The notes under the pieces: model-generated
What the model saw: only the letters and a program-made list of their open reading frames with translations
Database searches by the model: none
What the model was told of the DNA's origin: nothing
Translations under genes and position numbers: made by a program
Shown here: one piece after another, positions 35,793-42,492 of the stretch
Layout of the letters: each line of letters opens with the position of its first letter
Position numbering within the stretch: position 1 is the stretch's first letter
Source: an uncultured Pseudomonadota bacterium
GTDB lineage: Bacteria; Pseudomonadota; Alphaproteobacteria; RF32; CAG-239
Assembly: GCA_902796625.1 (NCBI GenBank)
Contig: CADBPX010000122.1
Location: 1 to 42,492, forward strand
Reading direction: 5' to 3'
Length of the DNA stretch: 42,492 nucleotides

Positions 35793-37928
35793 ATGAATAA
35801 AAAATTTTTTGCAGTTTATTTTTCTGTTTTATGCATGCTTGCCTTGCCTAGTTACGGCAGCGTAAGATTAATTACAGAACAGCCAAAACCAAGTGAACAA
35901 AGAAATTTTACATCTCAAGAAATTGTTGACACTTCCTCATTGCCGAATCCTAACGATGAAGAAGAAGTAAAAAAATATTTCAAAAAACGTCTTGAAAATG
36001 CTGATGTAACTGTCGTGCCGCAAGATGTTGACATGAGCGAACCTTCGTCTTTCGATATTATACATACTCCAGAATACTACGCAGCACAGGAAGAAAAGAA
36101 TAAACCTTTATTTCAAAAAATGTATGAAGAAGCTTTAAGGTCATTGCATGATAAAGAAAATTCTCCATATAAATCGTCTGAAGAAAATGATAAATTAATT
36201 GCTGCAGAAAAACAAGCAGCACAAACTGCAACACGATTTTTTACTTTAGCGCAAACCGAACAAAAAATTCAAAATGAGAATATTGCAACCGTCAGTTTTT
36301 CTCTGCCCAGCGGAAAACGTACTCTGGCTCCGGCTGTTGAGCATATTCCTTATATGCTGAGCTATATAGATATTCAGGCAAACGGATACCTGAAAATAGA
36401 AGATACAATTGTTGTTGTCGCCAACAATAATAAGTTTGCTCAAGCAATACAACGTATATTCCCTAAATACAGCTATAAACGCAATGGTAAAAAACAGCAC
36501 ATTGATTTAATTTTAGACAATGTTACCATTAATGGAACGGTTATTCCATACACTTTGGAAGAAATCGGCGATGATATATATATTAAACCGAAATACAAAC
36601 AAAAGCTTGAACCCGGAGTATATACTTATAAATTCAGTTATCTGGTAAACAGATTCTTGCAACGACAGGGGCAATCTGTGGTTATGAATTGGAATATTAT
36701 CGGTCGACCGATTAATGCTTTTATTACTTCGGCTAATGCAATTGTTACCATTCCATCGGGGCATAATTTTCAAAGTTTCAAAACCATTATCGGCAAAGAT
36801 AAGGAATATTCCGATCATCGTACCAATATCTATAAATTAGCTAAAAACGTCGTTGCCTTTTCGAACTTTACACCGGTTATGAATGGAGAGAATATGAACG
36901 TTTTGATTGCTGTCGATAAAAATGCCCTTATGCCCGATTTCGATAAGGGGTATAATAACTTTTTATCGACGTGGGGAAATATTTTCTACACATCTTTAGC
37001 CTTGATTGCCATTCTACTTTCCTTTTTATTGTCATTATATGACTTGAAAAAGAACAAACAATCCGCCAAATATAAACCTTCATATAATGGCTCAATAATC
37101 AGAAATTTATTGATAGGAAAATATGACCGCATAGCATTTATTGCTCAACTTTTAGATCTGTACCGCAAAAATGCCATAGATATTGTAGCAAAAGAAAACA
37201 AAATCTTTTTACAAAAAAAACAAAATGGTCTGACAAAGCTGAACAAATATGAAAAAAAAGCCATCAAATGTTTATTCGGGCGCAAATCTGAACAAACAGA
37301 GATCAACAACAATCATAATATAGCGATAAAAAAAGCACGTAATATTTTTGATAAATATCAAAAAAAGCTAATTAACAAGCAACACTTAGTTCAAAATTTA
37401 TGGTACATTGTCTTTAGTTTTGCAATGCTCCTGATTGCTGAAATTTTTATTGCTATAAACAGCATTAATTTTGCCCAAAATATGCTGATTTTATTAGTCT
37501 CCACCGTCTTATACATTTTTTACACATGGATAATTTTCCATCGGTTTAAAAGCTGGTATATCTCTCTGCCGATTAAAGTATTATCATTACTTGCCATATT
37601 CGCAACCTGGGTATTCAGCAGTGTCTACATTGGCGGATGGGCAGAATTTTTGATTATTGCTATAGTGGTAATTATTTTTGCTTTCACTAAAATATTTAAG
37701 GAGCAAAATAATTTCATAAACGAAGCAAAAGAAGCAATCTCATCATACAAAGAATATTTAATCTCCAATGCTGATGCTATCAACTTAAGCCGTGATTTTA
37801 TTAATCAACAGGCAAACATTTTTGCTTTGAACGTAAACGAATATTTCCCGCAAAATGTAACAAATAAAAATTTCTACAAACTTGATATAGCAGAAGCATT
37901 GAAAGAAAAGCTCATAGGAATAATTTAA
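35793..37928 (+). CDS. DUF2207-like large membrane protein
   Basis: Signal peptide 'MNKKFFAVYFSVLCMLALPSYG', an extracytoplasmic domain with 'YTYKFSYLVNRF...VMNWNIIGRP', and several C-terminal TM helices. I prefer the ATG at 35793. Confidence 0.55.
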   Translation: MNKKFFAVYFSVLCMLALPSYGSVRLITEQPKPSEQRNFTSQEIVDTSSLPNPNDEEEVKKYFKKRLENADVTVVPQDVDMSEPSSFDIIHTPEYYAAQEEKNKPLFQKMYEEALRSLHDKENSPYKSSEENDKLIAAEKQAAQTATRFFTLAQTEQKIQNENIATVSFSLPSGKRTLAPAVEHIPYMLSYIDIQANGYLKIEDTIVVVANNNKFAQAIQRIFPKYSYKRNGKKQHIDLILDNVTINGTVIPYTLEEIGDDIYIKPKYKQKLEPGVYTYKFSYLVNRFLQRQGQSVVMNWNIIGRPINAFITSANAIVTIPSGHNFQSFKTIIGKDKEYSDHRTNIYKLAKNVVAFSNFTPVMNGENMNVLIAVDKNALMPDFDKGYNNFLSTWGNIFYTSLALIAILLSFLLSLYDLKKNKQSAKYKPSYNGSIIRNLLIGKYDRIAFIAQLLDLYRKNAIDIVAKENKIFLQKKQNGLTKLNKYEKKAIKCLFGRKSEQTEINNNHNIAIKKARNIFDKYQKKLINKQHLVQNLWYIVFSFAMLLIAEIFIAINSINFAQNMLILLVSTVLYIFYTWIIFHRFKSWYISLPIKVLSLLAIFATWVFSSVYIGGWAEFLIIAIVVIIFAFTKIFKEQNNFINEAKEAISSYKEYLISNADAINLSRDFINQQANIFALNVNEYFPQNVTNKNFYKLDIAEALKEKLIGII

Positions 37929-37950
37929 TATTCCGGATGTTCGCATATAT

Positions 37951-38008
37951 TTGCATATAGTATAAAAACCGAGAGCAAAATTACTCTCGGTTTTTATACT
38001 ATATGCAA
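37951..38008. terminator. Perfect 25-bp inverted repeat (8-nt loop), bidirectional terminator between the DUF2207 gene and glyQS
   Basis: TTGCATATAGTATAAAAACCGAGAG (37951-37975) / CAAAATTA / CTCTCGGTTTTTATACTATATGCAA (37984-38008). The core is CCGAGAG...CTCTCGG followed by a T run. Confidence 0.75.
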
Positions 38009-38018
38009 TAATGTTTCA

Positions 38019-39377
38019 TTATAAGAAGTATTGGCGCAGATAGTCTGCTAAATCAGCGGTATTAACTCTGATTTGTTGCATCGTATCACGATCACGAATC
38101 GTAACACTCTCCGGCATCTGTTCAATTGTTTCAAAATCAACGGTCAGACAAAGAGGAGTCCCGACTTCATCGTGACGACGATATGCTTTACCGATATTTC
38201 CGGTATTCTCTAAAGCCACACGTCCGATACCTAGCTTCATCAACATTTTTTTCAGCTCATGGCACTTATTCATGATTTGCTCATTATTCTTCTTCAGAGG
38301 AATAATTGCCACCTTAATCGGTGCTAAATGTTTTTTCAGTTTAAGAACAACACGACTGTTGCCCTCGCCTAAATCTTCTTCGGTATAGGCCTCAGTCAAT
38401 ACGGCTAAAACTCCGCGATCAACTCCCATAGACGGTTCGATTACAAAAGGAATAACCCACTGACCTTGATCATTTTGAATTGCTAATTTTGTGGTGGATT
38501 CAGAATTCTCATGACAATGAGCCTCTAAATTGAACTCTTTTTGATTTTTAGTATGATTACCCAAATCATAGTCTCGACGATTTGCAACACCTTCCAACTC
38601 TTCCATACCATGCGGAAACTGATATTCAATATCATAACAAGCCTTAGCATAATGGGCTAAGTCTTCTTTTGGGGTTTTGTATAAATTAATTCTCTCCAGG
38701 CTTAAACCCTGCTCCAGCCACCATTGAACCCGATTTTCTTTCCACTTTTCGTGCCAATCAATATCGGTACCCGGCAAAACAAAATATTCCAGCTCAGCCT
38801 GTTCAAATTCGCGTACTCTGAAAATAAAGTTGCGCGGAGTAATTTCATTACGAAAAGATTTACCGATTTGCGCTATACCAAAAGGCAATTTACGAGATGT
38901 GGAATCCACAACATTTTTAAACTGAGTAAATATAGCCTGTGCGGTTTCCGGACGAAGATATGCAATATTCTCATCATTTTCCACCGGTCCGACTTGTGTT
39001 TTAAACATCAGATTAAACGGTCTTGGTTCCGTCAAATCAGTAGAACCGCAAACCGGGCATTTTCCATCAATCTGATCAGCTCTGAATCTTCCTTTACATT
39101 TCTTGCAATCAACCATTGGATCAGAAAATGTATCTTCATGTCCGGAATATTTTAATACCTTGCGATTGGTTAATATTGCCGAATCCAATCCTTCGACATC
39201 ATCACGTTCATAAACCATTGCGCGCCACCAAGCCGCTTTCAAATTATTTTTTAACTCAACGCCTAAAGGACCATAATCATATACGCCCTGCATTCCCCCG
39301 TATATATCGGCATTTTGAAAAATAAATCCGCGCCGTTTACATAATGAAACAAGTTGATCCATCGATGTTGCAACCAT
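38019..39377 (-). CDS. glyQS: Glycine--tRNA ligase, single-chain alpha2 (GlyQS) type
   Basis: '[28 protein letters not shown]', '[25 protein letters not shown]' (class II motif 2), 'GVDR', and a C-terminal anticodon-binding domain. I chose the ATG at 39377 (AAGGAAG SD). Confidence 0.9.
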   Translation of the reverse strand: MVATSMDQLVSLCKRRGFIFQNADIYGGMQGVYDYGPLGVELKNNLKAAWWRAMVYERDDVEGLDSAILTNRKVLKYSGHEDTFSDPMVDCKKCKGRFRADQIDGKCPVCGSTDLTEPRPFNLMFKTQVGPVENDENIAYLRPETAQAIFTQFKNVVDSTSRKLPFGIAQIGKSFRNEITPRNFIFRVREFEQAELEYFVLPGTDIDWHEKWKENRVQWWLEQGLSLERINLYKTPKEDLAHYAKACYDIEYQFPHGMEELEGVANRRDYDLGNHTKNQKEFNLEAHCHENSESTTKLAIQNDQGQWVIPFVIEPSMGVDRGVLAVLTEAYTEEDLGEGNSRVVLKLKKHLAPIKVAIIPLKKNNEQIMNKCHELKKMLMKLGIGRVALENTGNIGKAYRRHDEVGTPLCLTVDFETIEQMPESVTIRDRDTMQQIRVNTADLADYLRQYFL

Positions 39378-39461
39378 TTTTTCTTCCTTTTGCAAAATAT
39401 TGACTAATTATTAATGTGTTTGTTCTATAATATCTGGATATAAAATGCAAGAGGTAATGAT

Positions 39462-40313
39462 ATGAAACGAACAAAAGTCGCACTTGTCTATGATTTTGAT
39501 GAAACTTTGAGCACCACCTATATGCAGGATTACTTCCTCATACCTGAATTAGGAATGACTCCGGAAGAATTCTGGAAAGAAGCTAATGCCTGGTCAGCGC
39601 GCAACGGAGTTGACCAAGTCACCGGCAGTATGTTTTACTTCAAACACATCGCAGAAAATAAAGGGCTTAAACTAACCCGTGATAATCTTGCCTGTTGCGG
39701 AGAGTTCATCGTATTTTTTAAGGGAGTTGAAAGTTGGTTTAAACGTATCACAGATTACGGTAAGTACCTAGACTTAGATGTTGAACATTATATCATATCA
39801 TCGGGATATGAAGAAATCATAGAAGGATGCTCTATCCGTAAATATTTTAAAGACGTATATGGTTGTGCCTTTGCTTTTGATGAAAACGGTATTCCGGTGT
39901 GGCCGGCAAGAGTTGTTAATTATTCGGCTAAAGTACAATATCTGTCAAAAATAAATAAAGGTCTGGGAAAATTTGATGACAAAGCCGTAAACGAATATAC
40001 TCCAGATGATAAACGCCGCATTCCGTATACACGTATAATCTATTTCGGTGACGGACAAACAGATATTCCATCTATGAAAATGGTAAAAGATCGCGGAGGA
40101 ACATCTATAGCAGTATATAAACCGCACTCCAGCGCCAAAGAAAAAGCAATTAAATTGTTAAAAGATAATCGGGTAAACTTTGCTTTGGCCGCTGATTATC
40201 GAGAGGATCGAGAAATTGACTGTGTCGTCAAAACCATCTTAAACAAAATTGCTACCGAAAGAGATTTGGAAATTCTAAAAAAACGCGAAGATAAAAAGAA
40301 ACAAGATAATTAA
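39462..40313 (+). CDS. HAD-superfamily hydrolase-like protein
   Basis: Motif I 'VYDFDETLS', motif II 'IISSG' and motif IV 'FGDGQTD'. Confidence 0.65.
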   Translation: MKRTKVALVYDFDETLSTTYMQDYFLIPELGMTPEEFWKEANAWSARNGVDQVTGSMFYFKHIAENKGLKLTRDNLACCGEFIVFFKGVESWFKRITDYGKYLDLDVEHYIISSGYEEIIEGCSIRKYFKDVYGCAFAFDENGIPVWPARVVNYSAKVQYLSKINKGLGKFDDKAVNEYTPDDKRRIPYTRIIYFGDGQTDIPSMKMVKDRGGTSIAVYKPHSSAKEKAIKLLKDNRVNFALAADYREDREIDCVVKTILNKIATERDLEILKKREDKKKQDN

Positions 40314-40321
40314 AAAATATC

Positions 40322-40349
40322 TTGCATATCTGAAATATGATAATATAAT
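40322..40349 (+). promoter_or_regulatory. sigma70-like promoter TTGCAT-16-TATAAT
   Basis: -35 at 40322-40327 and consensus -10 at 40344-40349. A GAGG SD precedes the ATG at 40384. Confidence 0.5.
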
Positions 40350-40383
40350 TTACACGTAGTGTAAGTATCATAACGAGGTTATT

Positions 40384-40815
40384 ATGGAAGAAGAATATAT
40401 TGAAAATTTAACATATAACGAAAAGCTGGCTTTTGTAAAAATATTTTGCAAAATGATTAAGGCCGACGGGAATGTAGATTCTGACGAAATTGCATTTTTG
40501 AAAAAGATTGCATCAAGATATGGCATTGATAATAATACCGTTGTTAGCATCATCAAAAACAATTCACAAATTGATCCTTTGAAAGAAGCTCGCGCGATTA
40601 CGAATCGAACAAATGCCTTAGAATTGGTGAAAGAATTGTGCGTTCTTGCCAACATAAATGATGATCTTCATGATGCCGAGCTTGATATGATCATTGACAT
40701 TGCCCATCTTTTAAATGTTGAAGATGATAAAGTTATTCTAATTAATCGTTGGGTTCTTGACAGTATGATTCTTAATCGTACCGGACGTATCATTATGGAA
40801 AAAAACAATGGATAG
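40384..40815 (+). CDS. TerB-like (tellurite resistance TerB / DjlA N-domain fold) protein
   Basis: Two 'ADG/NDD-x3-4-E-x3-L' repeats ('MIKADGNVDSDEIAFLKKIA', 'ANINDDLHDAELDMIIDIAHLL') in a 143-aa helical protein. Confidence 0.55.
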   Translation: MEEEYIENLTYNEKLAFVKIFCKMIKADGNVDSDEIAFLKKIASRYGIDNNTVVSIIKNNSQIDPLKEARAITNRTNALELVKELCVLANINDDLHDAELDMIIDIAHLLNVEDDKVILINRWVLDSMILNRTGRIIMEKNNG

Positions 40816-41191
40816 ACAGAAATTGAAAAATCTTTTACATGAACAGTCTTCTCCATTTGATGAGGCTGTCCAAAAAAAACTCGATTATTTAATGAGTGAC
40901 GATGTTTTCTCTCTTGAGAATAATCCGTACGCCAATTCTTTCAGAAATATTCAAATCGATGATGAAGATGAGTTCTCTCATGCTTTTTCGGATGATGATT
41001 CATCTTTTGACGAGGCATTTGACGATGAATATGAAGATGATGGATATGAAGATGTAGATGAAGATGATTATGGCGACGAAGAAGATGGTGAAGTATCGCA
41101 GACTGCTGCGCCTAAAACTTTAGCGGAAAGAATTGCCATGCTCCGTGGTGTATCAACCTTACCAGGAAGCTATTTGAATAAAAAGAATTAG
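40808..41191 (+). CDS. Hypothetical highly acidic (D/E-rich) protein
   Basis: The ATG overlaps the TerB-like stop (ATGGATAG, 8-nt overlap). Central 'DDEDEF...DDEYEDDGYEDVDEDDYGDEEDGE' run. No recognisable family. Confidence 0.4.
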   Translation: MDRQKLKNLLHEQSSPFDEAVQKKLDYLMSDDVFSLENNPYANSFRNIQIDDEDEFSHAFSDDDSSFDEAFDDEYEDDGYEDVDEDDYGDEEDGEVSQTAAPKTLAERIAMLRGVSTLPGSYLNKKN

Positions 41192-41205
41192 TAATAAATA
41201 AAAAA

Positions 41206-41223
41206 AGAACCCTATCGGGTTCT
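41206..41223. terminator. Bidirectional intrinsic terminator
   Basis: AGAACCC / TATC / GGGTTCT, flanked by an A run and a T run. Lies between the convergent acidic-protein gene and pgk. Confidence 0.75.
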
Positions 41224-41242
41224 TTTTTTATTTGTGCTTACA

Positions 41243-42451
41243 TTATTTTTTCATAATAACAACACCTGGAAGTTCCTTGCCTTCCATCCATTCCAAAAAT
41301 GCTCCACCGGCTGTTGAAATGTATGAAAACTTGTCTGCCACGCCAGCATTTGCCAACGCAGAAACAGTATCACCGCCACCGGCAACCGTGGTTAATTTTC
41401 CGGCAACCGTTAATTCTGCAGCATGTTGAGCTACTTTATTTGTTGCATTGTCAAACGGCTTTAACTCAAAAGCTCCCAACGGACCATTCCAAACCACTGT
41501 TTTGCACTCATCTAATTTATTGTTGATATAAGAAATAGTTTTCTCGCCGACATCCAACAAAGTTCCGCCAGCCGGGATATTATCCGGATCAACAGTCATA
41601 TGTTCAGCATGGGCGGCAAATTCTTTGGCCCACACCAAATCTAATGGGAGCAAAACTTCACAATTATTATCTTTAGCAGTTTCCAAAATCTGCCGAGCTG
41701 TATCCAGCATGTCCATTTGAACCAATGAATTTTCGGTATTAATACCGGCAGCGCCTTTAACCTTTAAGAAGGTGTGCGCCATACCGCCGGCAATAACCAG
41801 TTTATCAACCTTTTTTACTAAATTATTTAATAAATCTAATTTTGTTGAAACTTTCGAACCGCCGACAACTGCCAAAAGCGGACGTTTAGGATCGTTTAAT
41901 CCTGTTGTTAAGGCATTAACTTCCTCTGCCATCAAAAGCCCCATTGCTGAAGGCAATAACTTTGGTGCGGCCACCATTGAAGCATGAGCGCGATGAGCTG
42001 TTGAAAAAGCATCAGACACATACACATCTGCCGGTTTAACTAATTCTTTAGCCCAATTTTCATCGCCTTTCTTTTCTTCTTCGTAATATCTCAGATTTTC
42101 TAATAACAAAATTTCGTTATCCTTCATATTGCGAACAGCTTCTTGAACTTTAGGACCAATGCAGTCATCAACAAACACCACTTTTTTTCCTAATGACTTT
42201 TCTAACTCCGGAGCCACATGAGAAAGAGAATTTTTAGCATCTCCTTTTCCTTCCGGACGTCCAAAGTGAGAAATTACCACAACTTTAGCACCTTTATTCA
42301 TCAAAGCTTTAATTGTCGGAACTGTCCGATCAATACGTGCGGTATTGGTTACGTGAAAATTTTCATCCATTGGAACGTTCAAATCAGCACGCAACATAGC
42401 AACTTTTCCGTTTAAATTACCTAAATCTTCAATAGTCTTATATTCTTGCAT
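41243..42451 (-). CDS. pgk: Phosphoglycerate kinase
   Basis: 'RADLNVPM', 'ISHFGRP', 'AFSTAHRAHASM', 'GGSKVSTK' and 'STAGGAFLE' motifs. 402 aa. Confidence 0.97.
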   Translation of the reverse strand: MQEYKTIEDLGNLNGKVAMLRADLNVPMDENFHVTNTARIDRTVPTIKALMNKGAKVVVISHFGRPEGKGDAKNSLSHVAPELEKSLGKKVVFVDDCIGPKVQEAVRNMKDNEILLLENLRYYEEEKKGDENWAKELVKPADVYVSDAFSTAHRAHASMVAAPKLLPSAMGLLMAEEVNALTTGLNDPKRPLLAVVGGSKVSTKLDLLNNLVKKVDKLVIAGGMAHTFLKVKGAAGINTENSLVQMDMLDTARQILETAKDNNCEVLLPLDLVWAKEFAAHAEHMTVDPDNIPAGGTLLDVGEKTISYINNKLDECKTVVWNGPLGAFELKPFDNATNKVAQHAAELTVAGKLTTVAGGGDTVSALANAGVADKFSYISTAGGAFLEWMEGKELPGVVIMKK

Positions 42452-42492
42452 ATTTTATTCCTTATTAAATAAATAGTTCGCCGCACAATTTA

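Noticed and set aside
40368-40655. 95-aa minus-strand ORF overlapping the TerB-like gene
   Set aside because: It is antisense to an ORF with a clear promoter, SD and domain signature. Its translation is low-complexity and hydrophobic, with no start context.

Overview
AT-rich (roughly one-third G+C by eye), gene-dense chromosomal window from a diderm, alphaproteobacterium-like organism. Supporting signs are hfq-hflX, rimP-nusA-ylxR-infB-rbfA, a NusB with an 'ARLAAVQA' N-terminus, a long NusA with a C-terminal extension, and an autotransporter. I call 34 CDS, one tRNA-Ala(GGC), several hairpin terminators and sigma70-like promoters. Content is mostly housekeeping: murF (3' end), nrdR, nusB, def, the nusA/infB operon, hfq-hflX, rmuC, murG, cobB, glgB-glgX-malQ, pepA, tsaC, psd, pepF, glyQS and pgk. 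I found no transposase, integrase, rRNA or CRISPR array. Items worth a second look: (1) an orphan 497-aa protein with an internal HNH/EndoVII-like 'DHHIH...NNG...H..H' motif, followed 2 nt later by a SUKH/SMI1-KNR4-like immunity-type ORF that overlaps tsaC, i.e. a candidate toxin/immunity pair with no recognisable delivery domain; (2) an S8 subtilase autotransporter with an odd N-terminus (signal peptide, ankyrin repeats, Gly/Ala hydrophobic segment, 14 TGGG repeats whose DNA varies only at wobble positions); (3) a tRNA-Ala locus carrying two extra tRNA-derived fragments and a GC-rich, hairpin-rich non-coding island; (4) an LplT-PlsC-Aas triple fusion; (5) a stand-alone GlmU uridyltransferase domain; (6) a Bacilli-like MurG outside any dcw cluster and an alpha2-type GlyRS; (7) a TerB-domain plus acidic-protein pair. 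All functional calls come from reading motifs by eye. No database search or RNA folding was run.
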